Shown here: in pieces, positions 29,821 to 38,071 of the stretch
How positions within the stretch are numbered: the stretch's first letter is position 1
Layout: each line of letters starts with the position of its first letter
Assembly (NCBI GenBank): GCA_963703285.1
Contig: OY969807.1
Span: 256,001 to 320,000, forward strand
From: an uncultured Nitrososphaerota archaeon
Lineage (GTDB): Archaea; Thermoproteota; Nitrososphaeria; Nitrososphaerales; Gagatemarchaeaceae
Length of the DNA: 64,000 bases
Reading direction: 5' to 3'
Made by a program: the position numbers and the translations under genes
Notes under the pieces: generated by a model
Told to the model about the DNA's origin: nothing
The model's input: the letters and a program-made list of their open reading frames with translations, nothing else
Database searches by the model: none

Positions 29821-30734
29821 GCTCCGTCTTCACTAGCAAGGTAATCTCGAGCATCGTCATCTATTCGCTCATAGCGTCGCTCACGGTGATGTGGATCATC
29901 ACTGTCGTCGTCATCCCGACCCTCACAACCGCCGTGACCTTCGACCCTACCGGCCTGGTCAGCCTGCTCTTCGACATCCTCATCACTGGCCTGATTCTCT
30001 TCGCGGTAGTCCACAACGGCCTCGATATCATAACCTACGCCGGCAGAGGGATACAGAAGCTGCCCGACTCGCCGAAGATCAAGAGGTTCGACCTCAACCA
30101 GCGCATCCAGCACCTCGTTCTCTTCATCTCGATGATATTCCTGAGCGTGACTGGCATGGCGATGCTCTTCATCGGGAACTGGGGAGGGGATGTAGTCAAC
30201 GACCTCGGGGGCTTCCAGAGCACGCTCGACATACATTACGCCTCGGCCATCGTCATGGGTGGCCTGGTCTTCTACCACTTCGGCTTCTACACATCCAAGT
30301 ACATCGCCAACAAGCTCACCCACAAGCCAGCCCCGTTCGACATCAACCTGGGCCTGCAGGACATCAAGGACGCGATGGGCAACATGAAGTTCTATCTCGG
30401 TATCGGTCCCAAGCCGAGCTTCGGCAAGTACGACTACATGCAGAAGTTCGACTACTGGGGCATCTACTGGGGGATGATAATCCTCGGACTTCCGGGGGTG
30501 CTCATGTGGTTGTATGGAGTGAACGCCTACAACGGGCTCGCCTTCGTGTTCCACACGAAAGAGGCTCTCCTGGCTGTGCTATTCCTAGGCATATTCCACC
30601 TGTACCAGGCGCACTTCAGCCCGCGCAAGCTGCCCATCAACATGAGCATCTTCTCGGGCACGACTTCAGAGGCGGAGATGAAGGAGGATCACCCAGCCGA
30701 GCTCGAGAAGCTGAAGGAGCAGGGCAAGGCATAG
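29817..30734 (+). CDS. Di-heme cytochrome b, FdnI/hydrogenase-cytochrome-b type
   Basis: RF...QRIQH, LDIH, GKY...QKFDYW, VFH..EA, IFHLY; ATGA overlap with the upstream gene. Confidence 0.88.
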   Translation: MSSVFTSKVISSIVIYSLIASLTVMWIITVVVIPTLTTAVTFDPTGLVSLLFDILITGLILFAVVHNGLDIITYAGRGIQKLPDSPKIKRFDLNQRIQHLVLFISMIFLSVTGMAMLFIGNWGGDVVNDLGGFQSTLDIHYASAIVMGGLVFYHFGFYTSKYIANKLTHKPAPFDINLGLQDIKDAMGNMKFYLGIGPKPSFGKYDYMQKFDYWGIYWGMIILGLPGVLMWLYGVNAYNGLAFVFHTKEALLAVLFLGIFHLYQAHFSPRKLPINMSIFSGTTSEAEMKEDHPAELEKLKEQGKA

Positions 30735-30792
30735 CCGTCGCGGCAGCGTACCAGCCCCGCCAACAGCCGTAAGCAGCGATCAGCGAGCGATG

Positions 30793-31020
30793 CTACTTCC
30801 GTCTGGCAGGCACGATCGAGGAGATGGTCTTCAGGATATCGGCCTGTATCGGTTGATTTCTCTTGGGATCGCCATCGTAACGTATGCGGAGCTTGTTCGA
30901 GGCTAACATGAGCTCGACGCTGTTGACCCCCCTAATCTTCGTGAGCCGCTTCTTGACCGTCTCAAAGTCTCCCACGTCGCTGAGGGTGACTATGAGCGTC
31001 GCCTGGGATTCTTCTGTCAT
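30793..31020 (-). CDS. HMA-fold small protein lacking CxxC
   Basis: VKKRLTKIRGVNSVEL....KLRIRYD pattern. Confidence 0.6.
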   Translation of the reverse strand: MTEESQATLIVTLSDVGDFETVKKRLTKIRGVNSVELMLASNKLRIRYDGDPKRNQPIQADILKTISSIVPARRK

Positions 31021-31132
31021 GCCTCTTCAGATTCATCATCGAAAGGTGCATTATATCTCCGGGACGTACCGATTGCGGTCGATTGCGTTGCGCCGATGGG
31101 CAAGCTCCGCGACCCGCGACACGGGGCGTGAA

Positions 31133-31648
31133 CTACAGCCTGATGGTTATCGCGTCTGGATACTGCGTGATCTTGAACGGGGGCCCCAGCGGCTTGAGGA
31201 GCGCCTCCACGTAGTTCGCCAGGAATATGCTCCCCTGAGGTCCGAGGTCGTGCGTCAGGGTGATCGACGACGTACCGCTGCCCATGGACTCGCTGTAGTC
31301 GAAGAGGTTCGCGTGAGCCCCGGTCGTCCTCAGGTAGTCGATCGCGTTCGGGAGGTTGTACTCACCCTTCTCCGCCAGGATGAAGCTGACGGGGACGCTG
31401 GAGCCGGCCATCTTCCCTGCCTCCTGGATCGCCTCGGACGTCGAGGCGTTCAGGATTCGCTTGAAGGTCGGAGCCGAGAGCTTGATCATGCGGAACTTCG
31501 CAAGATACCTGTCGTATTCCGAGTAGGTGACGAACAGCTGGTTTGCGAGCGTGTTTATGCTGACGTTACGCTTCTTCGAGTCCTCCTGAAGGGCCCTGAA
31601 GGCGCTCTCACTTATGCGGAACGAGATGGTTACGGTCTTCTCCTTCAA
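31133..31648 (-). CDS. Ribbon-helix-helix regulator with C-terminal domain
   Basis: TVTISFRISE...LQEDSKKRNVSINTLANQLF. Confidence 0.75.
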   Translation of the reverse strand: MKEKTVTISFRISESAFRALQEDSKKRNVSINTLANQLFVTYSEYDRYLAKFRMIKLSAPTFKRILNASTSEAIQEAGKMAGSSVPVSFILAEKGEYNLPNAIDYLRTTGAHANLFDYSESMGSGTSSITLTHDLGPQGSIFLANYVEALLKPLGPPFKITQYPDAITIRL

Positions 31649-31852
31649 GTCGAGCGCCTTGGATGGGCGACCCCTCCTTAACCGATATAATCTTTTCAAC
31701 TCCTCCGTCCAATTTCAGAAGGAGAGCCCGAGATTCGCTCCCCCGCCCGCCCGAATTGCAAATCGCTGCATTTGCGCCGACTGCGACCAAAAACGTTGCA
31801 GCCAATACGGCCCCATCAAATATCACACCCGCTCTCTCCGTGCCGACGAGAG

Positions 31853-32296
31853 ATGGCGACGGCACCAAGACTCGAGCAGAAGGGGAATAGCGATGTTCTG
31901 GTGTCCACTGTCCTGAACGGTGCTCTGGCAAGGTGCGTCGTCGCGGCTCTCGCAGACGAATTCTCCAGGCGCATTATCGCATCCACGGTCGACGAAGGCA
32001 GGACCGTGCAGGAGATCAGCGTGGAGCAGGCGATCCCCCTGAGCACGTGCTACAGGAGGGCGAGCGAACTGGCGCACAAGGGTCTCCTTATGATCGAGCG
32101 CATCGTGGTGACGGGGGAAGGCAAGAGGTACGCTGTCTACAGGAGCTCCTTCAAGGCCCTGAAGATAACCTCGGATCTCGAGACGGTGTCCGCGACCGCC
32201 GAGCTGAACCCCAGTGTGGCGGAGAAGTTCCACAGGATGTGGCTGAACGGCGGGATGCCGACCTCCGAGCAAGATCGCTCGTCTTGGACGAAGTAG
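31853..32296 (+). CDS. Winged-HTH (ArsR-like) regulator
   Basis: ALADEFSRRII...IPLSTCYRR..EL...GLL. Confidence 0.8.
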   Translation: MATAPRLEQKGNSDVLVSTVLNGALARCVVAALADEFSRRIIASTVDEGRTVQEISVEQAIPLSTCYRRASELAHKGLLMIERIVVTGEGKRYAVYRSSFKALKITSDLETVSATAELNPSVAEKFHRMWLNGGMPTSEQDRSSWTK

Positions 32297-32445
32297 CCAC
32301 GCGCGCCCCGGGTCAGGGCCTTCGATTTGACCGTACAATGAACCGCCGGTCGTCATTCGGAAGTTTTATGACTTGGAGCGGGGAACACCGTCTGACCGTG
32401 CCTTCCTTGGGTGGGGACCGACGTTCGCTTCTGGGTGATCTCTGA

Positions 32446-32619
32446 ATGGGCATAGTGGTATCGCCTTCCACGTGCGCGGAGTGCCACAGGACCGAGATCC
32501 TGAACCTGCTCTGCAGGAAGTGCAGACTCCACTTCTGCGAAGAGTGCGCCAAGGAACTCTCCTACAACTGTCCCGTCTGCAAGGGGAAGCTGGAAAGAAG
32601 GGGTTTCGAGCTCTACTAG
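32446..32619 (+). CDS. 57-aa C4C4 RING-like zinc-finger protein (not in ORF track)
   Basis: CAEC-x9-CRKC-x4-CEEC-x7-CPVC. Confidence 0.75.
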   Translation: MGIVVSPSTCAECHRTEILNLLCRKCRLHFCEECAKELSYNCPVCKGKLERRGFELY

Positions 32620-32717
32620 GCCTCGGTAGCTACCAGCCCGGATAGTCCGGGGAGCCGCGCCGGGGCCATGTGCGCGCTGTTTTTCTACTGGCCAATGCGA
32701 GAGAATCAGGCGATACG

Positions 32718-32849
32718 ATGTCAGCGAAGAGCAAGGCGAAGGCTGCGATGAAGAAGACCGAAGCGGACGTCTCCAAGGTCGGCCACGAGATAGCGAAGGG
32801 CGGGAAGGCCGTCGGCAAGGATCTCAAGAAGATCAAGAAGAAGGTCTAG
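32718..32849 (+). CDS. 43-aa Lys/Ala-rich helical peptide (not in ORF track)
   Basis: MSAKSKAKAAMKKTEADVSKVGHEIAKGGKAVGKDLKKIKKKV; strong host codon usage. Confidence 0.65.
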   Translation: MSAKSKAKAAMKKTEADVSKVGHEIAKGGKAVGKDLKKIKKKV

Positions 32850-32904
32850 GTCAGAACACTCCTGCCCGCCTGCCACCTTACCGGGGCGTCTGCCGGATGA
32901 GTCC

Positions 32905-33675
32905 CTAGACCGGGCTCACGACCGTCGTCTCGTATGGATGCGCGCTGTGGGTTGAGATGAAGACGGTGTAGTTCGACTCGGGCCTCCAGGAGAACGGGAC
33001 GGTCACTTGGTCGACGTGCCCAGGGGGAAAGCCCTCGGTGCCGACGGTAGCCGACCCGGCGCTTCCAGCTGGCAGCGTCGTGCCATTGTTCAGGATGTAG
33101 CCGTAAAGCGAGAAGTCGAGGTTTCCTGTCTGGAGCTCGCTCGAGGCCTGGGGGCTGTTCGGCGAGAGCAGGCCATAGACGAGCCAGAGCGACCCGTTGT
33201 TGATCGCCACCGATTCCAACCCATCCTCTAGAGTGCCCTGGTTCGCGACGATCACGACGACGGCCGTAGAATTGGGGAAGCCGATGGCCGTTATCGCCAA
33301 GTCGTACGTCCCGACGGGACCAGCGGGACGAGAGTAGATCTCGTATCCGGCGCCTATGTACACGAACGAGATGAGCAGCCCGATCGTAAAGATTGTCGCG
33401 GCCACCCTAGGATTGTATTTCTTGACCGCCCGGTAACCTATGACTCCTCCGACTACGGCAAGGAAGACCAGGAGGTAGTACCTTGCCGGGATGGTTCCTT
33501 CGGCGCTCCCGGCTTGCACGCTTACCGACCGCGCCTCTCGCCCTGCTTCTGTCGATGCCCCGGGCGCTGCAGCCGAAGGCGGGACCGGCGCCGGTTTGAC
33601 GAACTCGTAGCCGCACCTTGGGCAGAATCTCGGGTCCGGGTCCAGGATCTCGTGCCCACAACCAGGACAGAGCAT
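32905..33675 (-). CDS. Zinc-ribbon membrane protein with external domain
   Basis: CPGCG...FCPRCG, two TM helices, beta-rich C-terminus. Confidence 0.75.
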   Translation of the reverse strand: MLCPGCGHEILDPDPRFCPRCGYEFVKPAPVPPSAAAPGASTEAGREARSVSVQAGSAEGTIPARYYLLVFLAVVGGVIGYRAVKKYNPRVAATIFTIGLLISFVYIGAGYEIYSRPAGPVGTYDLAITAIGFPNSTAVVVIVANQGTLEDGLESVAINNGSLWLVYGLLSPNSPQASSELQTGNLDFSLYGYILNNGTTLPAGSAGSATVGTEGFPPGHVDQVTVPFSWRPESNYTVFISTHSAHPYETTVVSPV

Positions 33676-33826
33676 ATCCCCTGCCTTGGGATTCTGTCTA
33701 ATAAGGCCGCCTCGGCTGCCGCTTCTGATGGCCACAACACCACCGGCGGAAGAGGGTACTTGGGCTCGGACCGAAAGCCGTACCCCTCGGTTTGGTTATG
33801 GGCGCATGAGACGCCCCATGTCAGAA

Positions 33827-34513
33827 TTATGTCTTATCCAAGTACTTACGGCCCAGCACGATTAGAACCGCCTTCAAGGCTGAGGAGACCAGGTATACGT
33901 ACGCGAATATTCCCGCAAGGGCGAGGACCACAAGGTATGTGTTGATGACAAAGCCCCCGAGGATGCTGACTACTATCCCGGCTATGCCCGCGGCGCGCGA
34001 CCCACGCAGAAGGAACATCGATATCGACATGTCAACGATCCCGGCCCCGAAGGCGAGCAGCCCCACATCCAGCGCCTGCGAGGCAGGGAATTTGAGCACG
34101 TCGGCGAAGTAAGTGAAGAACGCCTGAAGCACGGGGGTAAAGGAGTAGGAAGCATTCGGCTCATGCCCGACGAGACCGATTACGATTAGGAGGAAGCCCA
34201 CCACGGCGCCCGCGAGGCCGTTCAGGACCGCGAGGACGGCCGCCACATAGATAGCGGCCCTCCTGAAGCGTGTGTGGGGTGTCAGCTGAGCCTTCTTCTG
34301 CAATTTCACCGCGTCCTTGACCTGGAGCGTCTCGGCGTCCGACCTGCAGTAGTTCCTGCCATTGAAGGTCGCTCTGCATAGCCTGCAGACGCCTCTATTG
34401 CATACCGCACAGACCGCGACGGCCCTACGCTCGGGGTGCACGTAGCAGTGTGACTGGGGCGTGCGGGCCCCCGCCTGCGGGTTGGGAGTTTGGCTACCAG
34501 TCGGAGTCGTCAC
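33827..34513 (-). CDS. B-box-like zinc-finger membrane protein
   Basis: CYVHP...CAVC...VCRLC...YC followed by about 4 TM helices. Confidence 0.75.
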   Translation of the reverse strand: MTTPTGSQTPNPQAGARTPQSHCYVHPERRAVAVCAVCNRGVCRLCRATFNGRNYCRSDAETLQVKDAVKLQKKAQLTPHTRFRRAAIYVAAVLAVLNGLAGAVVGFLLIVIGLVGHEPNASYSFTPVLQAFFTYFADVLKFPASQALDVGLLAFGAGIVDMSISMFLLRGSRAAGIAGIVVSILGGFVINTYLVVLALAGIFAYVYLVSSALKAVLIVLGRKYLDKT

Positions 34514-34669
34514 GGACGACCTTCACGCCTTTCTTCATACGGGAATGGCGGGAAGTAGTCGCGTCTTTATGCTTACTGGATGCAGCCTCCTCGAGTTCCA
34601 AGGCGGGAGAAGACCAATCATCTCGACCGGACGACTGCTTAAATAAGAACCGCGCTTCATTACTCCCAA

Positions 34670-35068
34670 ATGCTCTCTGAATCAGGCACCCACGCGACGC
34701 TGCTGACGGTCCGCAACATGGACCGGGCGGTGAAGTTCTATACGGAGACGCTCGGTGGGAAGCTGCTCTCGAGGGACGAGGGGGAGATGAAGGACTTTTG
34801 GGCTTCCGTGAGGGTAAGCAAATCGGTATTCTGGCTGGTCACGCCGGATCAGAAGGAGAAGCGCGAGCTCGCCTACTCTGTCTTCATCGTCAAGGACATC
34901 AAGGGGGTCGTCGCCGACTTGAAGTCGAAGGGCGTGAAGTTCCAGCGCGCTGAGAAGGACGAGATGACGTCGAGGGTCGAAGGGCCGATAGGCTACTCTC
35001 CGATGGGGGCCACAGCGTTCTTCAAGGACACCGAAGGCAACCTCCTGATGCTGTATCAGGGCGCGTAG
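34670..35068 (+). CDS. VOC/glyoxalase family protein
   Basis: VRNMDRAVKFYTETLG and FFKDTEGNLL. Confidence 0.9.
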   Translation: MLSESGTHATLLTVRNMDRAVKFYTETLGGKLLSRDEGEMKDFWASVRVSKSVFWLVTPDQKEKRELAYSVFIVKDIKGVVADLKSKGVKFQRAEKDEMTSRVEGPIGYSPMGATAFFKDTEGNLLMLYQGA

Positions 35069-35152
35069 CGGAAGAGCCTTCGGAGTCGCTAGCAAGACGC
35101 CTAAAACCTGACACGTTCTTAAGCCCGAGGCTGAGGGGCCGGTCGCAAGGCA

Positions 35153-36295
35153 ATGAAGCCAGTAGATCTGATGTCTGTTTCGATCTCTGAATTCGTCACC
35201 GGTGTCGACGCCTTCTCCCCTACGGACCGAGTCTCGGAGGTGATAGGCTACATGAAAGAGAATCAGTGGTACGAAGCGCTGGTGGAGGACGGCGACCGGA
35301 CATCAATTGTCACCGTCCGCGATCTGCTGGACCTGACGAGCCTCGAGACCCGGCTCTCGAAGCTCATGCACCAGGTGCCGCGGCTCAACCGGCAGAACAC
35401 CGTCAGCGACGCCGCTTCCCTGATGTTCGAGTACAGGACCAGGTCGATGCCGATTTACGACGGTGACAAGCTCGTCGGACAGGCGACTTCGCCGCTGATA
35501 TTGGGCAGGATGTTCGACTCGGAGGTCCCGGTCAGGTTGTCCTCGGTAATGACCAAGGAGCCCAACACCATCCAGTCGGACAGTACCGTGGCCTCCGCCA
35601 GGGAGCTGATGCGCAGGAAGAAGATCGACCAGGTTCCCATCATCGATCAGGGCAGGCTGAGCGGTGTCATCACCTCGGATTCCATCGTCTTCAACATGGT
35701 CCCGAGGACTGACCGAGATGTGAAGGGCGGCAACCGCGGGGGCAGGTTCGCTGAACCGCTCAGGGAGTATGGAACCGGCAGCATCGTGACCAACGAGGTC
35801 ACCGACTCGCTCTTGGACGTGTACGTCAAGATGAAGGAGGAACAGTCAAATTACTCGATGATAGTCAACACAGGCGAGCTTCAAGGCATCGTCACATACA
35901 GAGACTTCATGAAGGTTCTCCTGAGACGGAGCGCGCCGGCTCAACTCCCCGTCTACATAGTCGGCCTCCCCGACGACCCGTTCAGCGCCGCGGCGGTCCG
36001 GCAGAAGTTCACTGAGGCGATACGCACCCTTCGGAAGGGGTTCCCTGAGATGTCGGAGGCCAGGGCCGTGATCAAGTCAGCGGAAGCAGGCGGTCCGAAG
36101 CAGAAGAGCCAGGTCGACGTCTTCATCGCATCCCCCAAAGAGAGGTACTCGTACAGCGTCTTCTCGTACGAGGTTGCGGACGCCTTCGACCAGGTGAACG
36201 CGTGGGCGAAGAAGCTGAATTCCCAGCGCAAGAAAGCCCGGTTGAAGACGAGGGAGAAGCGCCGTCTGCACGCGGTCGAGTTCCCAGAAGAGTGA
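35153..36295 (+). CDS. Four-CBS-domain protein with C-terminal HPF-like domain (candidate ribosome hibernation factor)
   Basis: CBS repeats (e.g. IDQVPIIDQGRLSGVIT) then a beta-alpha-beta-beta-beta-alpha-like domain and a basic tail. Confidence 0.75.
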   Translation: MKPVDLMSVSISEFVTGVDAFSPTDRVSEVIGYMKENQWYEALVEDGDRTSIVTVRDLLDLTSLETRLSKLMHQVPRLNRQNTVSDAASLMFEYRTRSMPIYDGDKLVGQATSPLILGRMFDSEVPVRLSSVMTKEPNTIQSDSTVASARELMRRKKIDQVPIIDQGRLSGVITSDSIVFNMVPRTDRDVKGGNRGGRFAEPLREYGTGSIVTNEVTDSLLDVYVKMKEEQSNYSMIVNTGELQGIVTYRDFMKVLLRRSAPAQLPVYIVGLPDDPFSAAAVRQKFTEAIRTLRKGFPEMSEARAVIKSAEAGGPKQKSQVDVFIASPKERYSYSVFSYEVADAFDQVNAWAKKLNSQRKKARLKTREKRRLHAVEFPEE

Positions 36296-36360
36296 CCCTA
36301 GCAAAGGGGTGTCGCGACCGGCGACACGCTCTCTCGCGCACATCAGTGCGATGTTCCCGC

Positions 36361-36402
36361 TGGTCGAGCAAGGATTCGAACCCTCATTGGACCTTGGGAG
36401 CG
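36361..36402 (-). pseudogene. Degenerate tRNA 3'-half-like relic
   Basis: CTCCCAA...GAGGGTTCGAATCCTT...ACCA; no pairing 5' half. Confidence 0.3.
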
Positions 36403-36521
36403 CGTGCCACCTCACAGGAAAACAGCCTGGTGGAGGTGATTCTGATCCCGATGGCTCTGACCCACCTGCCGGTGTGACTCCAGGGACTATTAGATATAGG
36501 AGAGCTTTCATCTCCCCCGCG

Positions 36522-36734
36522 TTGTCGAATCAAGAACCGAGAAGACCTCCGAAGGGGTGGAGGAGAAACATGGCCGTCTCCGCGCTCCTCTTGATACTTC
36601 TCGCAGCAATCATCGTCTCGCCCTCTCCGAGTTTACCGAGACTCTTGTTCGCCCTTCTCGTCGTTATCATCGTTCTTGGTGCTATCGCAGCCATCTGGCG
36701 TCGCAACTCCCGCCTCGAGCGGGCCAATAGCTGA
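36522..36734 (+). CDS. Small two-helix membrane protein
   Basis: Two hydrophobic segments flanked by basic residues; AT-rich box upstream. Confidence 0.5.
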   Translation: MSNQEPRRPPKGWRRNMAVSALLLILLAAIIVSPSPSLPRLLFALLVVIIVLGAIAAIWRRNSRLERANS

Positions 36735-36880
36735 AACCCGGAGATGCCGTCATTACTTGGGGCAGCCAAGCAGATGGCTCGCCGATGTCCTGCCTTGCGC
36801 CTTTCCCGGAGTTTCCTGTCAAGGTGCGACGATTACCTCTGCCCCGATTTCCTAGAATTTCGCATGAATGAAGGGTAATT

Positions 36881-37138
36881 GGAATATTAAATACGTATAT
36901 ACCGCTTTATAACATACGTTAAGGCAATGGCTGATAGCAGCAAGCCAATGACCAAGGAAGGAGACCGAAGGACCTTCCTCAAGATTGGCGCCGGCGTGGT
37001 TGCTGGCGCAGTCGTAGCAGGTGTCGCAACAGACGCCTACCTCAGTAGCGTGATAGGAAGCAACAATAGTAGCTCGAGCAGCGCAGTCGCATCCCTCTCG
37101 AATCAGCTCGCATCGACGCAGAACGAGCTGTCATCGAC
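36881..37138 (+). repeat. 258-bp direct repeat, copy 1 (promoter, Tat signal, start of stalk)
   Basis: Identical by eye to 40898-41155 (offset 4017). Confidence 0.9.
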
Positions 37139-38069
37139 TCAAGGTCAACTCTCCTCGACGGCAGCCCAGCTGTCATCCGCGCAGGCGCAGGCAGCGTCTC
37201 TGAGCGGCCAGCTGAGCTCGACGCAGGCGCAGCTCACGAGCGCGAACTCCGCACTGACCAGCGTCAGCTCCCAATTAACCTCGACGCAGCAGGCACTGAC
37301 GAGCGCCAACAGCCAGGTCACCACCTTGAACAGCCAGGTCACCTCCCTGAACTCAGAGTTGAGCCTCGCGAACTCGCATGCCTTTCAATTCTTCCAAACC
37401 ACCGAGATACCGCTTGTGGCTGCTATCGCATCGACCATGATCCCGACGGACAGCAACGGGCCCGGCGCGAATGAGGCCGGTGTGATTTACTTCCTTGATG
37501 GTCAGCTGGCGGGTGATTACGGGACGAGCGCCAACATGTATTTCCAGGGTCCTTGGATCCAGCCGTCTACGGCTGGGCCACTGACGGTCGATGGCGTGAC
37601 CTACTCCGGAGGGAGCGCGCCAGCTAGGCTGACCGCTGGAGGCGGATTCCAGTACCCGTTGACTTGGCAGAACTTTTGGAGGAACTGCCTCACCTATACC
37701 GAGGCCTACGCGAACAGCGCCTACCGAGCGAACTTCGAGGACCTGTCAGCGGCTAACCAGACTGCCTGCCTTACCGACCTGTGGAACAACAAGCCCACGA
37801 ACTTCAACGGTATCGTCCCCCAGGCATGGTTCTCCGAGCTCCACGACATGGTTTGGGCTGGGTTCTTCACCGATCCGCTGTACGGCGGAAACCAGGGCAT
37901 GGTGAGTTGGAAGCTCATGGGGTTCTCGGGCACGAACCAGGGCGACGCCTACGGAGAGGGATACACCACCAAAGAGTTGATGCTAATGACAACCCCATTC
38001 AGACTGCAGCCGCAGAGCCTGACGGAATTCCAGATAGCGGCCGGACAAACCCCCGCGGGGAGTAGCTAG
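36927..38069 (+). CDS. Gluconate 2-dehydrogenase subunit-3-like protein with Tat signal and coiled-coil stalk (copy 1)
   Basis: DRRTFLK; heptad repeats; IPTD..GPGA.EAGV.YF.D.QL; GFFTDPLYGGN. Confidence 0.9.
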   Translation: MADSSKPMTKEGDRRTFLKIGAGVVAGAVVAGVATDAYLSSVIGSNNSSSSSAVASLSNQLASTQNELSSTQGQLSSTAAQLSSAQAQAASLSGQLSSTQAQLTSANSALTSVSSQLTSTQQALTSANSQVTTLNSQVTSLNSELSLANSHAFQFFQTTEIPLVAAIASTMIPTDSNGPGANEAGVIYFLDGQLAGDYGTSANMYFQGPWIQPSTAGPLTVDGVTYSGGSAPARLTAGGGFQYPLTWQNFWRNCLTYTEAYANSAYRANFEDLSAANQTACLTDLWNNKPTNFNGIVPQAWFSELHDMVWAGFFTDPLYGGNQGMVSWKLMGFSGTNQGDAYGEGYTTKELMLMTTPFRLQPQSLTEFQIAAGQTPAGSS

Positions 38070-38071
38070 AC

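Noticed and set aside
37090-37370. 21-bp periodic repeats as a CRISPR array or VNTR
   Set aside because: Degenerate coding repeats of coiled-coil heptads; no constant repeat with unique spacers and no cas genes
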